From NCBI GenBank assembly GCA_002404795.1, contig DHKK01000074.1:1-42387 (forward strand): DNA of 42,387 bases, in the 5' to 3' direction. Each line of letters begins with the position of its first letter. Position 1 is the first letter of the stretch. The notes under the pieces are model-generated. The model did no database searches. It saw only the letters and a program-made list of their open reading frames with translations, and was not told the DNA's origin. A program made the position numbers and the translations under genes. Shown here piece after piece: positions 6,694 to 15,547 of this stretch. Source of the DNA: Clostridiales bacterium UBA4696 (GTDB taxonomy: Bacteria > Bacillota > Clostridia > Oscillospirales > Oscillospiraceae).

Positions 6694-7635
6694 ATGGCGA
6701 TCAAAAAACCCGCTGAATTGGACTTCAGCGACAAGAAATTTATGTGCATCATTTCCGGGCAGCCCGGATTGGGCAAGACAACACTGGCGCTTTCGGCCCC
6801 GAAGCCGTTTCTGTTCGATACGGACAACGGCATCGCTCGCGTCCGTCCGGAACAGCGCAGCGTGACGTCCGTGCTGGAGTCCTACGAAGAAATGCTTGGC
6901 GATATGGATTCTGAAGAATACAAGGCGGCTGAATCCGTCGTGATCGACACCGGCGGTATGCTGGTGCAGCTTATGAAGGATTGGGCAAAGAAGCAGGACA
7001 GTAAGGCCGCGAAGGATGGCCGCGCCATGTACGGCGTGATCAAGGCCGAATTTGACCGGCTGTGCTATCAGATCCGCGCAAAGGATCGGAAGCACCTGAT
7101 CGTCGTGTTCCACACGACGGAACAGCAGAAGGGCGACACCATTCAGACGCGCCTTTCCTGCGAGGGCGGAGCAAAGGATATCGTCTGGACGCCTGCGGAC
7201 TTTGGTGGCTACATGTTCATGATGGGCAATAAGCGCATGATCGGCTTTACGCCGACAGATGAATACTTTGCAAAGGGCTGCTTCGGTGTGCGCGGTGTGA
7301 TGCAGTTGCCGGAGCTCAAGCCCGGCCAGAAGTCCACGTTCCTGACAGACCTGTTCCGCAAGGCACAGGAGGACATTAACGCGCAGGCCGCGATCTACAG
7401 CGGTGAGAAAGCGGCTTACGATGCAGCAATGAAATCCGGTCGCGCCTTTATCGCCCTTGTCGGGGATCCGGAAACAGCAATCAAAGCCCGCGAAGGGCTT
7501 GCAAAGATCGAGCATTCGCTAACAAGCGCGGCAGAACTTGGCGCAGAGTTTAAGCGCAAATGCAAGGATATTGGACTGAAATACGACAAGAAGGCAGGAA
7601 CCTATGTATTGGTTGACACAAAGCCTTCTGAGTAG
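6694..7635 (+). CDS. Sak4-like P-loop ATPase / recombinase (AAA_24 type)
   Basis: Walker A GQPGLGKT, Walker B VVIDT; upstream of an exonuclease and an SSB. Confidence 0.85.
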   Translation: MAIKKPAELDFSDKKFMCIISGQPGLGKTTLALSAPKPFLFDTDNGIARVRPEQRSVTSVLESYEEMLGDMDSEEYKAAESVVIDTGGMLVQLMKDWAKKQDSKAAKDGRAMYGVIKAEFDRLCYQIRAKDRKHLIVVFHTTEQQKGDTIQTRLSCEGGAKDIVWTPADFGGYMFMMGNKRMIGFTPTDEYFAKGCFGVRGVMQLPELKPGQKSTFLTDLFRKAQEDINAQAAIYSGEKAAYDAAMKSGRAFIALVGDPETAIKAREGLAKIEHSLTSAAELGAEFKRKCKDIGLKYDKKAGTYVLVDTKPSE

Positions 7636-8233
7636 CTGGCAACACTTTCTTGACGCAGATGATGTATATGCAGACGCGGCTCTGTCTTCCTTTCTCTCCA
7701 CGCTCCGGCGTGAAGAGAAGGAGACGACCCCGGCTATGCAGGCGGGCATTGACTTCGAAGCGGCGATTAACAGCGCAGTTGTTGACGTACCGGTCGAGCC
7801 GGTCGGCACGAAATATGACCAAGCTGTAGCAAAGTTTTCCCGTATCTGCGCGGGCGGTCAGCCGCAAGTGCCGGTTGCAGGGAAACTGCATGTATCGGGC
7901 TTGGATTTCCAGCTTTACGGCGTCTGCGACTATGTAAAGGCTGGCGTGATCTACGATATCAAGCGCGTGCAGCGGTACGAATACGGCAAGTATCTGCACA
8001 GCCCGCAGCATCCGATGTATCTGCATCTGCTCCCCGGCGCATCAAAATTTACATATCTGATCTTCGACGGCTCGAATACTTACGTGGAGACGTACCGGCG
8101 CGGAGATTTTGAGCCGATCGAAGAGACAATCAACCGCTTTATCAACTGGCTGATGGGAAACGGCTATCTTAACGACTATTTTACACATTGGGAAATGAAC
8201 GACGAAAGGATGGAAAAAGTAGATGGGATTTAA
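7604..8233 (+). CDS. PD-(D/E)XK exonuclease-like protein
   Basis: TPAMQAG..FE; YGVCDY..IYDIK; SPQHPMY. Confidence 0.75.
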   Translation: MYWLTQSLLSSWQHFLDADDVYADAALSSFLSTLRREEKETTPAMQAGIDFEAAINSAVVDVPVEPVGTKYDQAVAKFSRICAGGQPQVPVAGKLHVSGLDFQLYGVCDYVKAGVIYDIKRVQRYEYGKYLHSPQHPMYLHLLPGASKFTYLIFDGSNTYVETYRRGDFEPIEETINRFINWLMGNGYLNDYFTHWEMNDERMEKVDGI

Positions 8234-8678
8234 GGCAGTGAAGAACGATGGCGGGCTGATGAAGCCCGGCGATTACGAGGTTTATCTGAAATCATGCGGC
8301 TACAGTCTGACGAAAAACAACAACGAATGCATTAAGTTTGATTTCGTTGTCCGCGAGGATGTGGAGCAGGAATACCAGAAGAAACACATCTTCAAAAATT
8401 TCTGGCCTGACCGTGATACTGGCGAGTACGACGCTGATAAGATCGGCAAGTATGCCAACGCGCTTGGCATTGAGCCGGGAACGGATTTCGAGCTTGACGA
8501 TCTGGTAGGCCGCAACTGCATCCTGCATATGGAGCCGTTTGAGGGCAATGACGGCGTGATGCGTGACTGCATCCGGTATCTCAAGCCGAGCAAGGCAGAA
8601 TCCTTTGTGACGGCTGCACCGGCCAGCCCGGCAGATTTCCAGCAGCTCGACGAGAACGACGACGATCTTCCGTTCTGA
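8223..8678 (+). CDS. DUF669-like single-stranded DNA-binding protein
   Basis: PGDYEV N-terminus; acidic DDDLPF C-terminal tail. Confidence 0.85.
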   Translation: MGFKAVKNDGGLMKPGDYEVYLKSCGYSLTKNNNECIKFDFVVREDVEQEYQKKHIFKNFWPDRDTGEYDADKIGKYANALGIEPGTDFELDDLVGRNCILHMEPFEGNDGVMRDCIRYLKPSKAESFVTAAPASPADFQQLDENDDDLPF

Positions 8679-8688
8679 GGGCTGAAAT

Positions 8689-9600
8689 ATGCCGAACAGA
8701 ATTATCCGGGAAAGCATCTGCACAAGCGATAGCGTAGACAAACTTTCGTGGTTTGAAGAAGTTCTGTTTTATCGGCTCATTGTAAACTGTGATGATTTCG
8801 GACGCTTTGATGGGAGGGCGGCGGTCGTAAAGAACCGCCTCTTCCCGCTAAAGGAAAACCTCACGCTCAAAACTGTAGAAAACGCTCTTCATGGGCTGGC
8901 GAGTGCTGGATTGATTGCTCTGTATGTGTTTGAGGGCAAACGCTTCCTTTACCTACCAACATGGGGCAAGTATCAGACGCAGCGTGCGAAAGTAAGCAAA
9001 TTTCCTTCACCTGATGACGGGAACCAATCGGATGAAATCATTTGCAAGCAAATGCATGCAGATGTTCCCGTATTCGAGAATCGAGAATCGGGAATCGAAT
9101 TCGCTATTCGAGATGCGGAAGATAGCGCGGAGCCGCAAGCGGCGTCCACGCCACCGGCAATCTCTCTGCCGCTGAATGACGGAACGGAATATCCCGTTTC
9201 CGTGGAGCAATGCCAGGAATGGGCGGGCTTGTACCCTGCTGTCGACGTGATACAGCAGCTGCGGAACATGAGGGGCTGGTTGGATGCAAATCCGGCCAAA
9301 CGGAAGACAAAACGCGGAATCAATGCGTTTATCGTCCGTTGGCTGGCAAAAGAACAGGACAAAGGCGGCACGCAGGCGGCGCAGTATAACCACGCTGCAA
9401 AGCCCGGCTACGGCGTGCAGGGCCACCATGACCCGTTGAATCCGCTGGAAGAGGCTGCAATCAACAGGCTGTTTGAGAAGCCGCCGAAGGGCGCGGAGAA
9501 AATGCGACACGGGGTGCAGATGCACAACGACGAGCTGTCAGCGTTCCAGCAGGCGGCAATAGACCGAATGCTTGCGGAAGACAAGGAGGATGAGACATGA
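8689..9600 (+). CDS. Phage replication initiator (winged-helix N-terminus, DnaD-like domain)
   Basis: MPNRIIRESI..LFYRLIVNCDDFGR; YPAVDV..FIVRWL; iteron-like repeats in the linker. Confidence 0.8.
   Translation: MPNRIIRESICTSDSVDKLSWFEEVLFYRLIVNCDDFGRFDGRAAVVKNRLFPLKENLTLKTVENALHGLASAGLIALYVFEGKRFLYLPTWGKYQTQRAKVSKFPSPDDGNQSDEIICKQMHADVPVFENRESGIEFAIRDAEDSAEPQAASTPPAISLPLNDGTEYPVSVEQCQEWAGLYPAVDVIQQLRNMRGWLDANPAKRKTKRGINAFIVRWLAKEQDKGGTQAAQYNHAAKPGYGVQGHHDPLNPLEEAAINRLFEKPPKGAEKMRHGVQMHNDELSAFQQAAIDRMLAEDKEDET
9071..9113. repeat. Heptamer tandem repeats, candidate origin iterons
   Basis: TATTCGA-GAATCGA-GAATCGG-GAATCGA-ATTCGC-TATTCGA inside the initiator gene. Confidence 0.55.
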
Positions 9601-9767
9601 GATTTGTCTGCGACTGCTGCCACGACCTGACGAACATCGAGGCAGACCGGATGGAGATCCGGGACGACAAGCTGATGGCCTACAACCGCGGGCGGCTGGT
9701 CTACGTGGCGGATCTTGGCCAGATCATGCTGGCGAAGCTGACGCCGGGGAGGGAGGAGGCAAAATGA
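9597..9767 (+). CDS. 56-aa hypothetical protein (not in the ORF track)
   Basis: MRFVCDCCHDLTNIEADRME...; AGGAGG RBS; ATGA overlaps at both ends. Confidence 0.7.
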   Translation: MRFVCDCCHDLTNIEADRMEIRDDKLMAYNRGRLVYVADLGQIMLAKLTPGREEAK

Positions 9768-10891
9768 AAGAGAATGTGCTGGAGCGAAATGCAAGGCTGG
9801 ATACCGAACGGAAGATTGCGGATTTTCGAGTAAAACAGCAGATGGATTATGAGTTCAAGGTGAAATACGCCAAAATCCGCGCATGGGAATTCTACGATCA
9901 CCCAGACGTTGCAGGTAGCTGCTACGTAGCTGTCGGCGGGCTGGATTCCATCACGCTGCTCCTGTTCCTTCGCAGCATCGGTATTGATGTGCCTGCCATC
10001 TCGGTATCGTCGCTTGAGGATAAAAGCATTCAGCTGATTCACAAGCAACTCGGCGTGAAGCCGCTGAAACCGCTGAAAAGCAAAGTGGAAGTGCTGCGGG
10101 AGTACGGATGGCCGGTGATCTCCAAGGAAGTTGCGGGGAAAATCTCGCTTTTGCAAAATCCAAGCGAGAAAAACGCAACGGTACGCCATGCGATCATCAC
10201 TGGGGAAACAGGGGCTTACGGCGGGTTCCGCACGGGGACGCGGATGAAGCTGGCGCAAAAATGGCTGGAGATCTTCGGCGGATACGAAAATGAGAATGAG
10301 GGCGTTAGCTACAAAACGCCGGATTTTCTCGTATCGGATAAGTGCTGCTATTACCTGAAAGAAAAGCCTTGCAGCGATTATGCCAAAGAAACCGGAAGCT
10401 TCCCGTATATGGGCCTGATGGCGTCCGAAGGAGGGCGCAGGCAGAAAGCGTTGATGATGCACGGGTGCAACTACATATCGCCGGGAACGAAACGCAGCTG
10501 CCCATTCGCGATTTTTTCGCGGCAGGATCTTTTGCAGCTTGCGCTGGATTTGCAGGTTCCGGTGCCGGAAATCTACGGAGAGATCGTGCGCGACGCATAC
10601 GGAACACTCAGGACGACAAAAGCACAGAGAACCGGGTGCTCCATGTGCGGGTTCGGCGTGCACATGGAAAAACGCCCACACCGGTTCGACCGGCTGTGGG
10701 AGCGGAATCCAAAGGAGTGGGAAATGTGGATGAATCACGTAATGCAGGATGATCGCGGGAACTGGTACGGCTGGGGCCGGGCGCTGGACTACATCGGCGT
10801 CGAGTGGCGGGATCCGGAAGCCGCGCTGTTAAATCCGGATGAACTGCCCGGCCAGATGATTTTTGATGGAATGGAGGAGGATACGTTATGA
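9764..10891 (+). CDS. PAPS-reductase-family (PP-loop, Fe-S) phage protein
   Basis: VAVGGLDS loop, VSDKCCYYLKEKP, RTGCSMCGFG; ATG at 9764 with GGAGG RBS. Confidence 0.85.
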   Translation: MKENVLERNARLDTERKIADFRVKQQMDYEFKVKYAKIRAWEFYDHPDVAGSCYVAVGGLDSITLLLFLRSIGIDVPAISVSSLEDKSIQLIHKQLGVKPLKPLKSKVEVLREYGWPVISKEVAGKISLLQNPSEKNATVRHAIITGETGAYGGFRTGTRMKLAQKWLEIFGGYENENEGVSYKTPDFLVSDKCCYYLKEKPCSDYAKETGSFPYMGLMASEGGRRQKALMMHGCNYISPGTKRSCPFAIFSRQDLLQLALDLQVPVPEIYGEIVRDAYGTLRTTKAQRTGCSMCGFGVHMEKRPHRFDRLWERNPKEWEMWMNHVMQDDRGNWYGWGRALDYIGVEWRDPEAALLNPDELPGQMIFDGMEEDTL

Positions 10892-11280
10892 CGGATCAAG
10901 AGATCGTGCAGGCGCTGCGGTGCTGCGCAGAGGGCGATTGCAAAGACTGCGCCATGCATGAGGATAAGCAGCGCTGCCAAGAGAATTTATTGGCCAAAGC
11001 CGCTGAAGCCATCGAGCGCCTGACCGCCGAGAACGCGGCGCTGCGGGGGCAGGTGCCGCAGTGGATCAGCGTGGAGGACAGGCTGCCGGAAGCGTGGAAA
11101 AACGAAGACGACGTACTTGTGAATTACATGATTTACAGTCCGTACTTTGGCGTTGACGTTGGAAACTATCATAAGGAGGCCGGGACGTGGCTGTGCATGG
11201 CCTTGCCGTGCACCGTTACCCACTGGATGCCGCTGCCGGGAGCGCCGGAGGAAGGAGACAAGCATGGAGCGACTGACTGA
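10888..11280 (+). CDS. DUF551-domain phage protein
   Basis: WISVEDRLPE ... VTHWMPLP. Confidence 0.8.
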   Translation: MTDQEIVQALRCCAEGDCKDCAMHEDKQRCQENLLAKAAEAIERLTAENAALRGQVPQWISVEDRLPEAWKNEDDVLVNYMIYSPYFGVDVGNYHKEAGTWLCMALPCTVTHWMPLPGAPEEGDKHGATD

Positions 11281-11713
11281 AAAGCATTATCTGGCGGAAG
11301 ACCACTACATGAAATGCTCTGAAGACTGCAACGTGGATATGGATTGCGTGGATTGCCCTGCGCTTGGCGAGCTGATTGAGCGCCTCGCGGCCTACGAGGA
11401 CATTGCCGAGCTGTGCGGCGGCCTTGACCGCCTCCGCGAGCTTACCGAGGCCGACAAGGCCGGGCGGTGCGTCGTGCTGCCGTGCAAGGTGGGGGAAAAG
11501 ATATACTACCTCAACGGGAAGTACATCATCGAAGTCGAAGCGGTGGGCTACAAGGTCGACGAGACCGGCGCGTGGCTATTCATCGGGGAGACCTACAACC
11601 CGGAGACCAACAGGGCCTATCATTGCGATCTGGAGACAGAGAGGATCGGCAAAACCGTATTTTTCACCCGCGAGGAAGCCGAGCGAGCGATGGAGGGCAA
11701 GAAGGATGGCTGA
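11264..11713 (+). CDS. Hypothetical phage protein
   Basis: MERLT...RLAAYED...VVLPCKVG motifs; AAGGAG RBS. Confidence 0.75.
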   Translation: MERLTEKHYLAEDHYMKCSEDCNVDMDCVDCPALGELIERLAAYEDIAELCGGLDRLRELTEADKAGRCVVLPCKVGEKIYYLNGKYIIEVEAVGYKVDETGAWLFIGETYNPETNRAYHCDLETERIGKTVFFTREEAERAMEGKKDG

Positions 11714-11996
11714 TTATATCAAGCGCGAGGATGTTATGAACGCTTTATTTGCACAGGAAATGTGCTACGCCCCGGTGCAGCTGGAGATTGTAAAGGCGCT
11801 GCCCGCCGCCGACGTTGCGCCGGTGGTGCATGGGCGGTGGCATCTACTTGACGATTGCGCAAACGCTGGGTTGTATTGCTCGGCTTGCGGCAGAAGAGTC
11901 CACCGTGAGGAATTCGCGTACAAAAAGCTGAGATCGAAGTATTGCCCGCACTGCGGCGCGCGGATGGACGGCTGGATGGAGGACGCAGAAAAATGA
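11706..11996 (+). CDS. Zn-ribbon phage protein
   Basis: PAADVAPVVHGRW..CSACG..YCPHCGARM. Confidence 0.75.
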   Translation: MADYIKREDVMNALFAQEMCYAPVQLEIVKALPAADVAPVVHGRWHLLDDCANAGLYCSACGRRVHREEFAYKKLRSKYCPHCGARMDGWMEDAEK

Positions 11997-12526
11997 ACAT
12001 CACACTTTTGAAGTACCCTACCGATGAAGACTGGGCGTTTGCCAAGCAATGCGCCTTAGTCACCATCGGCAAGGAGATGAAGACAGCCCCGGACATGGCG
12101 TGGAAACACTCCATCCTCCGGGCGCGGCACAGCCCGATCCGGACGCTGCAGTTTGCGTTTTATCTCGAGGGCGTGCCGTATTGGGTAAGCACGCATCTGG
12201 CCCGCCACGTCCACGCGCAGCCGTTTATCCGCAGCCAGCGCAACGACCGGCAGAGCGAATACGACCGGAACGCAGCACGGCAGGACGCACCCGTGGACAT
12301 GATCTGGTACATGAACGCAGAAGAGCTGATGACGATCGTGGAGAAGCGAATGTGCTATCTGGCGGCGCTCGAGACACGCGACGTTGCTTTGGTGATACGC
12401 AAGCTGGTGCTCGAGCAGTGCCCGGAGTTCCACGACCTTCTGGAACCGCCCTGCACGCGGATGCGGACCTGCAGGGAGATGTACCCGTGCAAATACTCGC
12501 ACGTTCTGACATGGAGGCCCGACTAA
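11993..12526 (+). CDS. ThyX-like (flavin-dependent thymidylate synthase fold) protein, divergent
   Basis: RARHSPIR; STHLARHVHAQPFIRSQR (RH-x8-SxR); C-terminal PPC...C.E..PC. Confidence 0.7.
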   Translation: MNITLLKYPTDEDWAFAKQCALVTIGKEMKTAPDMAWKHSILRARHSPIRTLQFAFYLEGVPYWVSTHLARHVHAQPFIRSQRNDRQSEYDRNAARQDAPVDMIWYMNAEELMTIVEKRMCYLAALETRDVALVIRKLVLEQCPEFHDLLEPPCTRMRTCREMYPCKYSHVLTWRPD

Positions 12527-12697
12527 ATGCCTGAACTGACATATATGGACTGTTGGCATTATATCGCCCCTCTGATCCCTGTGCAGAGCGGGACGGTATC
12601 AGTGGAGATATACACGATGGTATTCTGCGCACTGAGAGATGCGGAAGATCGCAGGCGGAAGGAGGAAAAGCAAAATGGGCGTGATCCTCGCGATTGA
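12527..12697 (+). CDS. 56-aa hypothetical protein (not in the ORF track)
   Basis: MPELTYMDCWHYIAPLIP...; GGAGG RBS; fills the intergenic gap. Confidence 0.6.
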   Translation: MPELTYMDCWHYIAPLIPVQSGTVSVEIYTMVFCALRDAEDRRRKEEKQNGRDPRD

Positions 12698-13184
12698 CCC
12701 CGGCAATACCCAATCCGGCTATGTCATCGTTGAGCATGACGGCGAGGAGATCCGAAGCGTGTTGGATGCCGGAAAGATCGACAACGAAGAACTGCGGCAT
12801 AGGCTGCCAGAGATGGTCTACGGTCAAGGATATGATACTGTTATCGAGATGATCGCAGGCATGGGTATGGCCGTCGGTCGAGAGGTATTCGATACCTGCG
12901 TGTGGATCGGGCGATTCCAAGAAATTATTTTCCTGTCTACCGGGGATGAACCTGTAAAGATCTTCCGCCGGGAAGAAAAGCTGGATCTGTGCGGTAGCCC
13001 GAATGCCAAAGACGCCAACATCCGTCAAGCCCTCGTCGACCGCTACGCGCCTGGGCAGCCGAACTTCGGCAAGGGGACGAAAAAGGATCCCGGTTTCTTC
13101 TACGGTTTCTCTGCGGACATGTGGGCGGCTATGGCTGTTGCGGTTACATATTTTGACAGGCACATCAAGGGGGTAAAGCTGTAA
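12675..13184 (+). CDS. RuvC-like Holliday junction resolvase
   Basis: ILAIDPG, VIE and ADMWAAMAVA motifs. Confidence 0.8.
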   Translation: MGVILAIDPGNTQSGYVIVEHDGEEIRSVLDAGKIDNEELRHRLPEMVYGQGYDTVIEMIAGMGMAVGREVFDTCVWIGRFQEIIFLSTGDEPVKIFRREEKLDLCGSPNAKDANIRQALVDRYAPGQPNFGKGTKKDPGFFYGFSADMWAAMAVAVTYFDRHIKGVKL

Positions 13185-13519
13185 TGGCAAATATCACAGC
13201 GACCTGTCCGGTTTGTGGGAAGGTGTTTACCCGGCCCTGCAAGCCGCGACCGGATGGGCGGTATCTGTGCAGCCGGGCATGCGCCGGGGCATGGCGCAAG
13301 CTGCACCCTATCTGCCCGGGCAAGCCACGCGGCCGCGCATGGGATGAGGTGCGGATCCGAATCACGGCGGTCATCCCGGTCTATCCTGATATGCGTCCGC
13401 GCCGGGGTGCGGTGTACGATGCAGAAAAGTACAAAGACAGCAGCAACGCACCCGGCTATGTCGTGCGCGTCGGCGACAAGCGGGTATGTGTGAGGGCAAC
13501 GGAATGCAGAGAGATCTGA
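13184..13519 (+). CDS. Zn-finger hypothetical protein
   Basis: CPVCGK...CSRAC. Confidence 0.7.
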   Translation: MANITATCPVCGKVFTRPCKPRPDGRYLCSRACAGAWRKLHPICPGKPRGRAWDEVRIRITAVIPVYPDMRPRRGAVYDAEKYKDSSNAPGYVVRVGDKRVCVRATECREI

Positions 13520-13737
13520 AGATCAGCCCGTATTCCGCTCCGTGCGGAGACTGCCCCGAAAAAGGCTGCGGGGCAAAGCATACGACCTGCGAGGCGTACA
13601 TAGCGTTCCGGGAGGCTGTGGACGAGTACAAAAAGAGCAAGGCCGAATCCGCCGAGCGCAAAAAGGCGACGGGCAGCCTGCGTTCCAGAGTCCGGAAATA
13701 CGACAGAGCAAAACGCGAAGGGAGAGTGCATTATTGA
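13504..13737 (+). CDS. Cys-rich basic hypothetical protein
   Basis: PCGDC..GC..H..CEAY. Confidence 0.65.
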   Translation: MQRDLKISPYSAPCGDCPEKGCGAKHTTCEAYIAFREAVDEYKKSKAESAERKKATGSLRSRVRKYDRAKREGRVHY

Positions 13738-13997
13738 TGAGCGATATTACGAATGAGGCATATGCGGCATGGCTGGAAGAGACGTTGAAACTGATTTATG
13801 AGGCCAAGCCAACCGCAATTGGGATCGTAGCGGCTACGGCCACTGGCGAGACGGCCACGGGCTATTACAACGCAAGTGCGCAGGACAAGGCTGTATTTGC
13901 CCACCATATTCAAAGTGATATTGTGCTGGATATAATCAAGGCTAACGCTGTAGAGATCAAAGCCATGATGGAGGGCGCAGACGATGGAACAGATTAA
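13737..13997 (+). CDS. Hypothetical protein
   Basis: MSDITNEAYAAWLEE; translational coupling with neighbours. Confidence 0.65.
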   Translation: MSDITNEAYAAWLEETLKLIYEAKPTAIGIVAATATGETATGYYNASAQDKAVFAHHIQSDIVLDIIKANAVEIKAMMEGADDGTD

Positions 13998-14361
13998 GGG
14001 CGCAAAGTACGACGAGGGCAAGCCTCGCCCGTCGCTCGTGCCGGTGGCGGCTATCGAGGCGATCATGCAGGTGCGGGAGTTTGGCAAGGCAAAATACGCC
14101 GACGCGGAGGACTGGCGCAAGGTACCGCGTGAGAAGTGGCTGGACGCCCTTCTGCGCCACGTTCTGCATATCTGGGATAATCCGCTGGCGATCGACGATG
14201 AGAGCGGCCTACCGGCACTGTGGCATGTTATAACTAACGCTGCGTTTCTGTGTGCGGCGTACAGGGATGATTTATCCAATGCACAGTTGCAGTGGGCAAA
14301 GGACGTGCTATATGAGGAGGCGAAGCAATGCGGGGACGCGAGCGGACGCGGCAACGACTGA
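13984..14361 (+). CDS. dATP/dGTP diphosphohydrolase-domain (DUF5664-like) protein
   Basis: KYDEGKPR.SL..FG..KY..W..ALLRH..DDESGLP. Confidence 0.85.
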   Translation: MEQIKGAKYDEGKPRPSLVPVAAIEAIMQVREFGKAKYADAEDWRKVPREKWLDALLRHVLHIWDNPLAIDDESGLPALWHVITNAAFLCAAYRDDLSNAQLQWAKDVLYEEAKQCGDASGRGND

Positions 14362-14537
14362 GGGCGGAGCTGCACCGGCGCAATATCAGGATCAACCAAC
14401 TGCCGGAGTACATACCGTACTCCGGCAAGACGTGCTATAATTACCTTTCCGGCAACGTTACGATGTCGCAGGACTTCGCAAATGCTGTGCAGCGTGTCAT
14501 CGACATGTGGGACAACAAGCGAAGCGCCCGGCCTTGA
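14328..14537 (+). CDS. Small HTH-like regulator
   Basis: GAGGAGG RBS; IPYSGKTCYNYLSG helix-turn-helix-like segment. Confidence 0.6.
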   Translation: MRGRERTRQRLRAELHRRNIRINQLPEYIPYSGKTCYNYLSGNVTMSQDFANAVQRVIDMWDNKRSARP

Positions 14538-14553
14538 TTGGCTGGGCGCTTTC
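14521..14553. terminator. Hairpin between convergent operons
   Basis: AAGCGCCCGGCC / GGCTGGGCGCTT. Confidence 0.65.
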
Positions 14554-14554
14554 G

Positions 14555-14818
14555 TTATGCGTGTTTCAGTTCCTTGATCTCTTTGCTGTGCTTCTTGACA
14601 ACGGACTGCAGCATGACAACGTCTTCTTCCAGTTCGTCAACGCGTTCGCTGGTGACGAAGTCCTTCGACTGCTCTTGCTGCGACTGCAGCGCCTCAAGAA
14701 TCAGATTCAGCTTCTTGTCAACGGAGCTTTCCAGAATGACGCGCATATTCTGTGCGGACTGCTGCAGGATCCGTTCTTCCATCTCGGCCAGATATTTAAG
14801 CTCTTCACTGTCAAACAT
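14555..14818 (-). CDS. Coiled-coil hypothetical protein (moron)
   Basis: AAGGAGG RBS; heptad pattern. Confidence 0.7.
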   Translation of the reverse strand: MFDSEELKYLAEMEERILQQSAQNMRVILESSVDKKLNLILEALQSQQEQSKDFVTSERVDELEEDVVMLQSVVKKHSKEIKELKHA

Positions 14819-14832
14819 TCGTGTTCCTCCTT

Positions 14833-15030
14833 TTATTCTCCGCGCATGATGGCTTTGATGGCCTGTGCGGCGGAATAGCCATTCACCAAAAAAGCATCGA
14901 TGCGGTCTAGCAAGTCTTTGTCGTCATCATAGCGGAATGCAACGCTGTACTGTTTGTATGTCTTTGCGTTGTATCGAGCCTTTACTGCTGTGCTGGTATG
15001 CGTCTTCCGTTTCGGCTTCTCGTCAGGCAT
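14833..15030 (-). CDS. Arc/ribbon-helix-helix-like small DNA-binding protein
   Basis: AVKARYNAKTYKQYSVAF; GGAGG RBS; promoter TTGACG-18-TACAAT at 15092-15063. Confidence 0.7.
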   Translation of the reverse strand: MPDEKPKRKTHTSTAVKARYNAKTYKQYSVAFRYDDDKDLLDRIDAFLVNGYSAAQAIKAIMRGE

Positions 15031-15088
15031 GGGCGGGCCTCCGTTCGTTTCTTTCCATGCCGATTGTACCACGCCCGCGCCCGGACCG

Positions 15089-15547
15089 TCAATCCTGAAA
15101 ATACTCTGCATAGAACCCGGCATAGCAGGTGGAGTAGATCACGTCGTCGAAAATGTCCTCGGGGTCTCCGGCTTTTTGCATCAGAATTTCGACAAGATCG
15201 CCGACACAATAATCTTCGCAGCCGGTGAACTGCCAGATGAAGTCGACGCCGTCCACGACGGTCACAGTGTCCGTATCGTAGTCCAGATCCACAACGAGGC
15301 CCGTACGCGTATAGAAGTTGTCAACGGCCACTGCGGCCAGTCTGGCGGCTTCTGCGGCCTGTGCCTCGGCTTCATAGGTGAGCGCGGTATTCTCGGCCCT
15401 GACGGTCTCCAGCTCGGCGGACAAGCGCGCATTCTCGGCACGGAGCGCGTCAAGCTCCGCGGTGGTATCAGCTGCGTGGACAGAGGCACATGCAGTGCAA
15501 GAGATGAGGGCGAGAGTGGTGAGGGCAATGATGATGATCTTTTTCAT
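15089..15547 (-). CDS. Secreted or lipoprotein with coiled coil and acidic beta domain (moron)
   Basis: MKKIIIIALTTLALISC signal; promoter TTGACA-17-TACAGT at 15634-15606. Confidence 0.75.
   Translation of the reverse strand: MKKIIIIALTTLALISCTACASVHAADTTAELDALRAENARLSAELETVRAENTALTYEAEAQAAEAARLAAVAVDNFYTRTGLVVDLDYDTDTVTVVDGVDFIWQFTGCEDYCVGDLVEILMQKAGDPEDIFDDVIYSTCYAGFYAEYFQD

Noticed and set aside
6064..7515. 483-aa minus-strand ORF, and similar ones at 9701-10738, 20472-22406, 34382-35425, 36030-37184 and plus-strand 40698-41690
   Set aside because: They are antisense shadows of well-supported genes in high-GC DNA, with no recognisable motifs.
9572..9763. N-terminal extension of the PAPS-reductase ORF given in the track
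   Set aside because: A better start with RBS lies at 9764, and the upstream region encodes a separate 56-aa ORF (9597-9767) in another frame.
13984..14361. Z-base (2-aminoadenine) or 7-deazaguanine genome pathway
   Set aside because: No PurZ, DNA polymerase, Que/FolE or DpdA-like genes were recognised, and the diphosphohydrolase alone is insufficient.
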